Source: Heterodontus francisci (taxonomy: Eukaryota). From it: DNA of 64,000 bases. The notes beneath the pieces are model-generated. The model did no database searches. It was not told the DNA's origin and saw only the letters and a program-made list of their open reading frames with translations. Location of the stretch: assembly GCF_036365525.1 (NCBI RefSeq), contig NC_090413.1, positions 20,072,151-20,136,150 on the forward strand, written 5' to 3'. Position numbers and translations under genes: made by a program. Below, piece by piece: positions 24,668 to 35,824 of this stretch; the stretch's first letter is position 1, and the number at the start of each line of letters is the position of its first letter.

Positions 24668-27600
24668 GCTTGCCTTTGCTGCTTACTTCCCTTCTATAAA
24701 GTAGATGACTGTGTTCAATATTCTTCAACAGGAACAGGAACCTCAGTGATGGTGCAATTACTTGTTTTACGGTTCTTGTTCCCTTGTGCAATAGGGCATG
24801 ACCCAATTATTTAGTAACATCTTGTTTTGATTTTTTGTCCCACCATGTGTATAGTCTTTAATACGATTGGAATGTCTTTCATTTCTGACAGCCGCTGAAC
24901 TCCAAAGCTTTTACGTCCTCTCCAATCAATGATGGTAGAACAGGTACCTTCACAATCAGCAACAGTGCCATGATAGGTGGACAACAGCATCCTTTCACCT
25001 GGGCAATTTAGGAGGCAGCATCAATACCATTCTACAATTGCTACAGGTACACAGGTTGTTGTAAGCCCAAGAACTGCACTGATTTAGCCAACTGTGGCAA
25101 TTTGGTCAAGATCATGCTATTTTGGTCAAGATAGGGATTGAACTCAAGGCCATTGGTTTAGATTCCAGCACTCAAATACTTAAGTTACAGGAATCTTCTA
25201 TTAGGAACTTTTTTTTTAAACTTCAAAAATAGTTCATTTCCATTTGTTCCACTCTTAGCGTTCATCCAACATTGTAGGTTATCTACATTGATCCCATCCC
25301 TTTGGGATCTGGCTGTAGATACCAGGTCCCATCCTATACAGATTTTATTAGAGACTCTTGTCCCCAATCTATAAGGATCTGTTTAGACATCATTCCCCCA
25401 TTCCTTAGGGATATGGTTACAGACACCAAATCCATCTCATTGTGATGTCCTGTGACAGGCATTGAGCCTTATCCCATCAGGGTCTGAAATGTACAGATAG
25501 ATTAGGTAGCTACCCATAAGGATACCAGTTTCAGCTGATGCCACATCCATGGAGCTGTGGGGAATGATTACTTCAAAACTGTGTAAGAATGTGGTCTGCA
25601 GTTAAGGAAGTACTGGAAGGTCTGATGAAAACATTTACCATCAATTTTGCAAAAAGTGAACAAAAATAATGTGTTACTCATTGGCAACAGGTAGAGTTTC
25701 TCTTAGGATCTGACTGATTCAAGATATTCCAGTAATTAATGCACTACTAATTACACAAAGTTTGTAGCCCACTTCAAATTTCTGTAGCCAAGCACAAAGA
25801 TGTGAGTTACGCATCACTCCAGCAGGATCTAGGATCTACACACTGACCTCATCCAGTCAGAATCTTAGGGACACTCATTGACTCAATCCAGTCAAGATCC
25901 TAAGTAAGTCATGCATTGCCCCATTCCATCAGAAATTGGGGTGCACGCACATCTCGCCCCATCAGAATTGTACACACACGCACACGGATCTAGATTACAC
26001 ATACTGATTCGGAGAGCCAGACCAGACATGATGGGCCAAATGGCCTCCTTCTGTGCTGTAACAATTCTGTGACTCTAGCAGGATTGAGATTAAACATACT
26101 GTTCCTATTTTAATGGAATGAGGGTCAGTGCAGATGCAAATCGCCATCCAGGTCTGGGTTGCACATACAAAGTGGACCAATCCCAGCAGGGTCCTCGTAA
26201 CTCATTCATGGATCTCATGCCATGGAGCTTTGGGGTTCACATGTTGTTGAATTGTTATGGAATGGAATCAATACAATTACAATTTGCATTTGTATAGCAA
26301 ATTTAGCATCGCAAAACATCCAAGGCACTTCATGGAGATGTAGTCAGAGCAAAATGGATGCTGAGCCAAAGAAGGTGATATTAGATGGGTTAACCAAAAG
26401 CTTGGTCAAAAACGGTGGGTTTAAAGGAGGAGAGGGAGATAGAAGTGGTGGAGGGCAGATTAGGGAGGAAATTCCAGAAAGTAGTTCTATGTCCAAAGGC
26501 CTGGCCACCATTAGTAGGTCAACGAGAGTGCACAAGAGGCCAGAATTAGAAGAATTGAGAGGTCTGGGATGAGGTTAGCAGACTGGAAGAGGTTAGAGTG
26601 AAAGGGGCACCTGAGTCCATAAAGGGATTTAAACATGAGGATGAGAATTTTAAATTTGAGGCACTGGGGGACTGGCAACCAAAATACGCCAGTGGAGACA
26701 GAACATGGGCAGAGTTTCAGGAGAGCAGTGGAATAGTTACATCAGGAGGTGACAAAGTCATGGATGAGGGTTTCATTGGCAGAGGTACTGATGCGGGGCG
26801 GAGGTAGGCAATGTAATGGAGGTAGAAGTCGGCAATCTTTGTGACCGAGTCCACCATCTACAAGGCACAAGTCAGGAGTGTGATGGAATACTCTTCACTT
26901 GCCTGGATGGGTGCAGCTCCAACAGATATAAAGAACAACACTCCATTAGCCATTTTGATTATTTTCTATACCTGTTCATGACATTTTAATGATCTATGTA
27001 TCTGGATCCCCAAGTCTCTTTGGACCTTTGCTGTTTCTAGCTTTTCTTCATTTAGAAAGTACCCTGTTCCATTAGTGAGCCAAGACAGCCTGTCAATAAT
27101 AAGAAGACAAAAAATATTACCAGATCAAAGTATACTGTCTGAAACTCAGTGGAGATATCTCATTCAGAACTGACAAAGGAATTAGCAGTTAGACTGCACC
27201 CACTCCTTAAGGAGTCTTTCTCAGCTTCCTTCAGGTATCTACTCAGACCCTGATACTGTTTGCAGGCTGCAGTTACACTGCAATTGAGGAGTTTCCTGAA
27301 ACCAGATCCCTTTCACACTGATGCTACACTTGCATCATCAAAGTATCCCAAAGATGGATACAAGATAGAAAGAGGGTTAGTAAAGCTGAATCCTGAGCAC
27401 TATTAACTTCAGCTGCAAGACAATGGGACATATGGAAAATGAGATAGAAACTAGGGTTTAGAACAGCGACCAGGAAACACTTGACAAAAAGAATGATGAC
27501 GACCTGGACTGGACTTCTGGTTGGGGTGATGGAAGCAAAGAGGCGGCAATGATGGTTGCTATGGTTGATGCTTGCAGCTGTCCTCAAGTGGGTAATGCTA

Positions 27601-30600
27601 GTATAGTAGCTTGGCTTACATAAATCTGATTCCTACAACATGATGTCAGGGAGAACCAATGTTTCAAATCAATTAATCATGACCCGGATTTTGTGGTCAG
27701 CAGCGAAGGAACGGCGCTCACTGTTCACCTTGCTGACAACCGCCCACAAAGTTTGCCTGGACGTTAGAGTGAAGATTTTCTCTAAACTGGCATCTGTTTC
27801 AAAGCGTTGCCCTCTCCAGAGGATCTCTGGTGTCTGTGAGGACAAGAAACAGCGAAGCTCTTCAACCAAGCAGACTGAACAATCCTCAAAGAGGCACGCA
27901 GAGCCTAAACCAGGAAATCTAAAGTGGGAAATATAAATTAGGTTTAAATCACATACAGAAATCAAAATAAAGGATGGCGAATATAGGTGGGATTAACAGG
28001 GAGGTATAAAAGAAACAAATAGAAAAAGGTGTTTGTTTGGCAAGATTCAGTCCTACTAACACATTCCAGCAGAAGTCACCATGAACTTAGAGCTGGGACC
28101 TTAGCTTATTCCTCTCTCCCCTCTACCCTATCACTTCCCGATTCCGGGCAGAAGTAAAAGGCAACACTCTGACTTCTGTCAGGGGCATCATCAACTGATG
28201 GATCTTCAATCACACCCAGGTTCTTTGTGCTATTGTTGCCTCACTGCTGCACTTGGTATTTCATTGAGCAGTTACATTGTCACAGTCCCATTTGATATAC
28301 TAGCCCCGAATGTCCTTGAGCATGGACATCCCAGGCTAATTTTAGTACAAACAGGGACCATAAATGGTGCGAGGAACTCAACCCACAAGAACTGTATCCA
28401 AACAAGCCCAAATTCTTGGAATATGAAAACAAAGACAGACCAGACATGGCTGAATTGGATCCAATCCCATGTCTCAATATCTCAAAATGTCTCCATCTAC
28501 AAATTACTATTACTAAATTTACCATTTATTTTATATATTATTCTCCGAGGTGTCTTCTCCTCAATATAGAACAGTTCTGAAGGCTTGAGTTCACCTTTGC
28601 TATGCCACCCAACCTTTTTATTATTGGCAGACTAGCCAACCAGTAGGGCGTCATAGCTAACCCTGAATCAATATTCAGGCAGTGTCCATTTCTAAGAGCC
28701 AGAGGAAGCCATAACCAGGCTGATCTGCCCTCTCATTGCCCTCCCTGCTGTGGGCACTTACAGTTTCCCAACTACTACCCAGTTGGTATTCCGGTCTGCT
28801 CACCCGTCTTGTTCAATGTCTTCATCAATGATATTAAATGAAAACTGCCTTGAAGTTCCTGTTCTTGGCACTTCTTGGCACTTTCTTTGCACAGATAATT
28901 TCCCTCAAAACATTTGTTGAAATCCCAATGTAACTTGCTCATTCACCTTAAAGTAACGGTCTTGCTCATAGGCCCCATAGTGACACAGATTCGGAGCCAT
29001 CTTTTTAAGCTGTCTGCTATTTTTTGCGGGGGGTGGGGAGGCTGTGTCAATTTATCGAAGTCGTCAGCTTTTTGCTAGGCTGGCAGCTGGAGGTACGTTT
29101 CAAGGAATGTCTTGATGCAACCATTGTGAAATATGTCCTTCCTTTTACTGTTCAAGATGCCGAAGGGAAGTAGGTGACAGTCTCAGTTGTGTACCTCACT
29201 GCTCCCTGCACCTACAGTAGCACCGTCATGGATATATCTATTGTTGGGAGGGGAGAGCAGGGGTGTTTAGTTAGTGAAGTTAGAGCACAGGTGAAGCAAG
29301 TACAAGTATGACATAGGGTGTATAAACTGCTGGATGGAGGGCTAGCCTGAGGGTCCTTTCAGCAACACTGAGTCCAGAGTTTTGGGTCTAGAGGTTCCTG
29401 CCTACCATCATCCATCACATTTGATTGTCCCCCAAGATGCCTGTAGCAACTGGGGGTATCTAAGGAGCAATCCACAACCCTCATTTGTACAATTGTCTGA
29501 CCCAAGCTACAGATCACCATAGAAAGACTTGTATCTATAGCGAATTATAAAATGATACCGCACAGAAAGAGGCCATTCAGTTCATCATGCCTCTGCCAGC
29601 TCTTTGAAAGAACTATCCAATTAGTCCCACTCCCCTGCCCTTTCCCTATAGCCCTGCAAAATGTTCCGCTTCAAGAATTTATGCAATCGCCTTGAGAATG
29701 TTACAATTGAATCTGCTTCCACCAATCTTTCAGGCAGTGCATTCCACTCGTTACAACCTCAGGCTGTCCCAAGGCATTTTACAACCAGTGGATAGCTTTT
29801 GAAGTGTACTCACTGTTATAATGTAGGAAATGCAGCAGCCAGTTTGAGTACAGCAAGCTCCCACAAACAGCAATGAATTAAATGACGAGGTAATCTGTTT
29901 TATGCATTGGCTGAGGGATAAATATTGGTGAGGATACTATGTGAACTCTCCTGCGCATATTCAAACCATGGGATCTTTTACGTCCACCTGTGAGGACAGA
30001 GAAGAGTCTCATCTGAAAAGTGTAGCACTCTCTCATTACTACACTCAGGGTAATCGGCTCGAATCACTGATCAGTCTGTGTAGTCTGATCCAGCACAAAC
30101 TCTATCATGCTGAAGGGTTAGCCAGCCTTGTGTATAATATTTAAACTCTTTCCTGTTGAAGCAAAAACCACATAGCAGAGAAAATACGTAAAGGTGAATG
30201 CCATAGTGATTGCTACTGGAAGGGGAAATCTGGGTGGCAACAAAAGCCAGATCCCCACTGTCACATAAGCCCACAATATTTACCATTCAGGTCCAAACCT
30301 GGCAACAAGGGTAAATTCAGTGTTGCCACCCTCCTCAGGGAGCGAGTTCCAGATAAGGCAGGAACACAGTCTGAGCTGTGCTCCCTCCAAGCGTCTTCAG
30401 TCCCTGTCACAAACTCTGTTTCCTAGGCAATTACTCCATCCTTCTCCCTGGCAACTGTCTGAGGCTGAAACAGACTGTTCGCAACATTGGTGTTAGATTT
30501 GACCCGATCATGAGCTTCTGACCACACATACCATTATTGCTAAAACTATTTCCACCTTCATAACATGGGCCGACTCTACCCCTGCCTCAGCTCCTCTGCT

Positions 30601-30689
30601 GCTTAAACTCTTGTGCGTATACCTTTGTTTCCTCTAAACTTGAGTATTCCAATTCTTGGCTGGCCTCTCACATTTTACTCTCTACAAAC

Positions 30690-32508
30690 TGTATAAAAGG
30701 AACTGTATAAAACTGCAAAAGCCGTATAAAACGCTGGTTAGGCCATAGCTGGAGTATTGCGTATAGTTCTGGTCACCGTATTTTGGAAGGACATAATTGC
30801 TCTGGAGAGAGTACAGAGGAGATTTACAAGAATGTTGCCAGGGCTTGGAAGTTGCAGCTTTGAGGAAAGATTGGATAGAGTTATAGAGTCATAGAGTTAT
30901 ACAGCACAGAAACAGGCCCTTCAGCCCATCTTGTCCGTGCCAGCCATCAGGCACCTATCTATTCTAATCCCATTTTCCAGCACTTGGCCCGTAGCCTTGT
31001 ATGCTATGGCGTTTCAAGTGCTCATCTAAATACTTCTTAAATGTTGTGAGGGTTCCTGCCTCTACCACCCATTCAGGCAGTGTGTTCCAGATTCCAACCA
31101 CCCTCTGGGTGAAAAACCTTTTCCTCAAATCCCCTGTAAACCTTCTGCCCTTTACCTTAAATCTATGCCCCCAGTTAGTGACACCTCCGCTAAGGGAAAA
31201 CGTTTCTTCCTGTCTACCCTATCTGTGCTCCTCATAATTTTGTATACCTCAATCAGGTCCCCCCTCAGCCTTCTCTGCTCTGAAGAAAACAACCCTAGCA
31301 CTAATCTCTCTTCATAGCTGAAATGCTCCAGCCCAGGCAACATCCTGGTATATCTCTTCTGCACCCTCTCCAGTGCAATCACATCCTTCCTATAGTGTGG
31401 TTACCAGAACTGTACACAATACTCCAGCTGTGGCCTAACTAACATTTTATACAGCTCCATCATAATCTCCCTGCTCTTATATTCTATGTCTCGGCTAATA
31501 AAGGCAAGTATCCCATATGCCTTCCTAACCACCCTATCTACCTGTGCTGCTGCCTTCAGTGATCTATGGACAAGTAAACTAAGATTGCTCTGACCCTCTG
31601 TACTTCCTAGGGTTCTACCACCCATTCCCTTGCCTTGTTAGTCCTCCCAAAATGCATCACCTCACACTTTTCAGGATTAAATTCCATTTGCCACTGCTCC
31701 GCCCATCTTACCAGCCCTTCTATATCGTCCTGTAATCTAAGGCTTTCCTCCTCACTATTTACAACACCACCAATTTTTGTGTCATCTGTGAACCTACTGA
31801 TCATACCTCCTATATTTATGTCTAAATTATTAATGTACACTACAAACAGCAGGGGTCCAAGCACTGATCCCTGTAGTACACCACTGGTCACAGACTTCCA
31901 ATCACAAAAACAACCCTCAACCATCACCCTCTGCCTCCTGCCACTAAGCCAATTTTGGATCCAATTTGCCAAATTGCCCTGGATCCCATGGGCTGTTACC
32001 TTCTTGACCAATCTCCCATCGGGGACCTTATCAAAGGCCGTAAGTCCATGTAGACTACATCAACTGCTTTACTCTCATCTACACATCTAGGGTAGGGTTG
32101 TTTTCCTTAGAACAGAGGAGGCTGAAGGGTGACTTAATTGAGGTGTACAAAATTATGCGGGGTCTAGATAGAGTAGACAGGAAGGACCTGTTTTCCCTAG
32201 CAGAGAGGTCAATTACCAGGGGTCACGGATTTAAGGCGATTGGTAGAAAGATTAGTGGAGACATAAGGAAAAACATTTTCACCGAGAGGGTGGTGGGTGT
32301 CTGAAATTCACTGCCAGGAATGGTGGTGGAGGCAGACACCTCAACTCATTTAAAAGGTACCTGGACATGCAGCTGAAGTGCTGTAACCGGCAAGGCTACG
32401 GACCAAGTGCTGGAAGGTGGGATTAGATTGGGCGGCTAGTTTTTTTGGCCGGCATGGACACAATGGGCTGAATGGCTTCCTTCTGTGATGTAATTTTTCT
32501 ATGGTTCT
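30690..32508 (+). mobile_element. CR1 3' fragment interrupted by a second, antisense CR1
   Basis: YKTLVRP.LEYC...EERLD (ends ~30878) resumes as GLFSLEQRRLKGDL at ~32091. Confidence 0.85.
30879..32090 (-). mobile_element. CR1 LINE, 5'-truncated (~1.2 kb, RT C-terminal half)
   Basis: ORFs 31607-32011 (SGVLQGSVLGP, FTDDTK), 31401-31625 and 31152-31382; CR1 tail. Confidence 0.92.
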
Positions 32509-32540
32509 AACTTAAGGTCATCCAAAACTCTGCTGCCAAT

Positions 32541-32798
32541 TGTAATGAGTTCTTTTTATGTTGCCTGATGCAACATACATGAAATGCAGGGAGTCCAGTT
32601 GTTGAGGACCTCAAACAGGTTTATTAAACAGCTAAACTATTATGTACAGCACAGAGCTAACTATGAACAGAACCTCACTCTTGGTGTTACAGTTACAAAG
32701 TGACACAACTTTGGGTCACATGACTACATCCTGGTACTTAGCTGATTAGCATATTATGATCTTAAAGGGATATCACTCTTAAAGGCAATCAAACAACA
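32541..32798 (-). repeat. 3' LTR
   Basis: tgtaatgagt...aaacaaca; roughly 85% identical to 35825-36083 by eye; AATAAA on the minus strand. Confidence 0.93.
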
Positions 32799-32812
32799 GT
32801 CCCCTTCTTTCC
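32799..32812 (-). other. Polypurine tract
   Basis: GGAAAGAAGGGGAC on the minus strand, directly abutting the 3' LTR. Confidence 0.85.
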
Positions 32813-32961
32813 AAAGATAAGTCTTATATGCTAAAAGTAAAAACAGCTAACATTGGATAACATCAAAATTATTTACACATGGATAGAGATTGTGAAATTC
32901 ACAAATACAGAGGCTCAAATTTCAATATATCGTCTCGGTGGTTTGACAACTCTCGCTCGGG

Positions 32962-33400
32962 GAGTTTGTGTCTCATTTGTTGCTGTTTTCCTGAAGTTTC
33001 TCCCTCTCTGCATTCAGTTTCTGTTGCTCTGCCTTCAGCCTGCTAACATACTTGGTTGCTTTTCTCAAGATGACTGCTTTTGGGTCTTTGTCATTCTTGG
33101 AAAGTTCCGGCACCTCATCTCGAAGAGCTAACAGACAATGCTTCAACTCATTCCTCCTCTGCCTCTTCAGGGCATTGCATGTCCTTTGCCTCTCCTCATC
33201 CTTCGCGTCTGAAGGCCTGGGGCTTAAGGTCAAGGACTTGTTGGGGGAGGAGGACTTGACCTCATGGAGATACCTGTCCATTCTGGCTCATAGTGGTGCT
33301 GGCGGTTTTCTATAGAGCAGAAGTGGCATAGTTGTGCAGTTGCTGAGTTTCCAGACTGCATTGTTTGATGCTGGCCAGAGTCTGCGAGCAGGTTCCAGTC
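32962..33400 (-). pseudogene. Captured Myc-family C-terminus (MBIV, NLS-like region, bHLH-LZ), degenerate
   Basis: IKQC....QQLHNYA (Myc box IV); PPAPL*ARMD (NLS-like); [61 protein letters not shown]; after a frameshift, QQQMRHKL. Confidence 0.9.
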
Positions 33401-33419
33401 CTTGAAGATTTCCCCTTGG

Positions 33420-33760
33420 CAATGCTCTCGTGGATAGTTATGATGTTGAGGTCCTTACATGCTAGCAGTCCTGCCACTGCTGGTCTGTTAGTGTCTACTT
33501 GATAGAATGTTTGTGCTTTCCGTACTGACTTGCCGTATCTGCATTGCATTGTTAGTGTGCCAATGCAAGGATGGGTGATCCATTGTATGCAGATAACTTG
33601 GCAGTTTTCAGTTGTATCAATGATTTCCAACAACTCTGGTACATATCTTTGAGGATTCGGACTGGATATTTACACTACCGCCAGTGTCAATCTTGACTCT
33701 GAGTTTATGTTTGCCAGCTTTCTTTGGGCACATGATGTTAATAATGGCAAAAACGTCCAG
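33420..33760 (-). pseudogene. Retrotransposon aspartic protease
   Basis: LRVKIDTGGSVNI catalytic motif; the C-terminal IGT....C...F..V.......GL.AC.DL.II lies in another frame. Confidence 0.85.
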
Positions 33761-33989
33761 TTGTTTGAATTCATCAACATGATGTATAAGGTTCACAATG
33801 TGGAATGCCTGATTGTCTTCTGGCTGAGAATTACTTCTCTCTGAGTCTTCTCTCAGGTCTGTTTCACTGTGGACTTCATGTATCGGCTTGTGTTTACACA
33901 AGTCTTGGGAGATCTGCTGCTGTTGCCCTGTTTCTGCACCTGTCGTCAGTTTGCCTGCACCCTACTGTGACTTCTGGCTGTGTCTTCAG

Positions 33990-34692
33990 AGCCAGATTTC
34001 TTGCATAGGTGGGCCCAGTGTCCTTTTACACCACACGCCTTGCACAGGTCTTGAAATTCTTGAGCAAGTTCGCCGTGAGTGGGACCAATCACACTTACCA
34101 CACTGCTTACTTGATCTTTTCGACCTGGTTATCATGCCGATACTGTTGGCTGCACTTAGTGCTTGCAGATGCTGTTGTCCAGCTACAATGGCTTCATATT
34201 TTCTGCCATCTTCCAGCAGTGCATCAATGCTGTGACCTTTCTTTTTCTCCAAGAGGTCTTTCTGGAATGCTTCAATGGGTGTTGATACAATCACCAACTC
34301 CATTATTTGGTCTGACAGCTCAGCTTCTGAGAAGTCGCATTCATTGCCCTTACTATGGCATCTACTGACAAACTGGTCTATTGATTCCTGTGGCTGTTGC
34401 CTGTAGGGCATCAATTCCAGGCGGTGAATTGTAAAATTCACTCTTAATCTGAGCTGATCTTCTAGCACTTTCCATATCTTTGCAGGAGCTTTCTGGTCTT
34501 CTTCAGATATGCCCGACTTATTGATTCTGTGTAATCCCTCATTCCTAATTGCTATCATTATTTTTACAGCTTGCTTTTCTGGTTCTGTAATTTCTTGGTC
34601 TATGAAGTGTAACGACATTTTTGCTTGAACAATTGGAACTCAGATAGGATATCAATGGCCTTCCAGTTCATGCTGGGAAGTTTGGTATCCAT
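33990..34692 (-). pseudogene. Retrotransposon Gag (frameshifted)
   Basis: ATG at 34692 (MDTKLPSMNWKA...), RQQPQESIDQFVSRC...C.F motif, zinc knuckles CGKCDWSHSRRTC and CKACGVKGHWAHLC. Confidence 0.88.
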
Positions 34693-34888
34693 CTTCCTGC
34701 TATTCTTTTGCTTTCAAACTTGCTTTAAGATCTTGCTTTATGTCTCTGTACTGCTTTCCCTTTAAAAAAAATTCTCTTGGTTGCTTTGATTGGCAGGAGC
34801 AGGTGTTTAGCAGTGCTTGTCTGTTTCTCCAGCTTCCAGCACTCTAGTCTGTCTGTTTACACAGCTGTGCAATAGGCATTTTAAGTGA

Positions 34889-35212
34889 ATAAAAGCAAAA
34901 TACTGCAGCTGCTGGAAATCTGAAATAAAAACAGAAAGTGCTGGAAATACTCAGCAGGTCAGGTAGCATCTGTGGAGAGAGAAGCAGAGTTAACATTTCA
35001 GGTCTGTGGGTTTGTAGCATCTGTGGAGAGAGGAGCAGAGTTAACATTTCAGGTCTGTGGGTTTGTAGCATCTGTGGAGAGAGAAGCAGAGTTAACATTT
35101 CTCTCTGATGTGGGTTCTGATGAAAGGTCACAGACCTGAGATGTTAACTTTTCTTCTGTCTCCACAGATGCAGCCTGACCTCTGAGTATTTCCAACACTT
35201 TCTGTTTTTATT
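34889..35212. mobile_element. Palindromic Penelope-type short element with an internal 51-bp tandem triplication, inserted in the LTR element leader
   Basis: The arms aataaaaacagaaagtgctggaaatactcag...gttaac and gttaac...ctgagtatttccaacactttctgtttttatt are inverted; partial copies at ~15170, 21406 and 60518. Confidence 0.7.
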
Positions 35213-35788
35213 TTACGCATTTTAAGTGCTTTTTTTCTCTGCTAGTATTTGTTTATACAGACGTTCAATAAACAATTCTTCACGCTTGAGTGATTTTGAG
35301 AGTTTTTAAAACTCTGGCTAAATGAATGAAAGCTCTTCACGCCTGAGTGGTTTAATTATTTTTTTTAAAGCTTTAGCTGCAAGCTGTGTGAATGGAGGAT
35401 TCCCATTCTTTTTGCTGTTGGGTGCCTCCTGTAATGGCGCGGACCTTGATCACCCTGGGCAAGATGGATACAGTTGGTTAGCCTGAGATAGGGATTGGGT
35501 TTTCCCTTTTTTTTCTTTTACTGAGCTTTTAAAAAAATCAACTTTGCAAGCACCTCAAAGCTTTCTTTCAGCGGGGATTCCTGGACCATTGGGACAATGA
35601 CTCATCCAATCTCAGTGATTGATTTGCAGCCTGTCATTCAGTACTCTGTCTTCCACAGCTTGAGGTAAGTGTTTTCTTCTTTCCCTGTTTGGGCTAGTAG
35701 TTTTTAAAAAACTTTCTCGCTTTTAGCTGTAGGTGGGTAGTTTTTAAAGCTTTTACCTGTGGTCTTCAGCTTGGACTTTGTGTTCTCA

Positions 35789-35803
35789 CCACAGCTGCCA
35801 CCA
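35789..35803 (-). other. Primer-binding site, tRNA-Leu-like
   Basis: TGGTGGCAGCTGTGG follows an LTR end (...ATTACA) on the minus strand; complementary to the ...CCACCGCTGCCACCA 3' end of tRNA-Leu with one mismatch. Confidence 0.75.
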
Positions 35804-35824
35804 TGTAATGAGGAGCTGCCACTA

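Noticed and set aside
28790-28860. Possible minus-strand exon (FNIIDEDIEQDG|gtgagc)
   Set aside because: The plus strand reads PVLFNVFINDI, an old CR1 RT motif, and an in-frame stop lies just upstream on the minus strand.
32973-33281. ORF as a functional host myc gene
   Set aside because: Only last-exon-type sequence is present, with frameshifts, a stop and altered basic residues, and it lies between LTRs; treated as TE cargo.
34844-35131. ORF with a 17-aa repeat, or a CRISPR-like array
   Set aside because: It is a 51-bp tandem triplication within a palindromic repeat, with no unique spacers, in a eukaryotic context.
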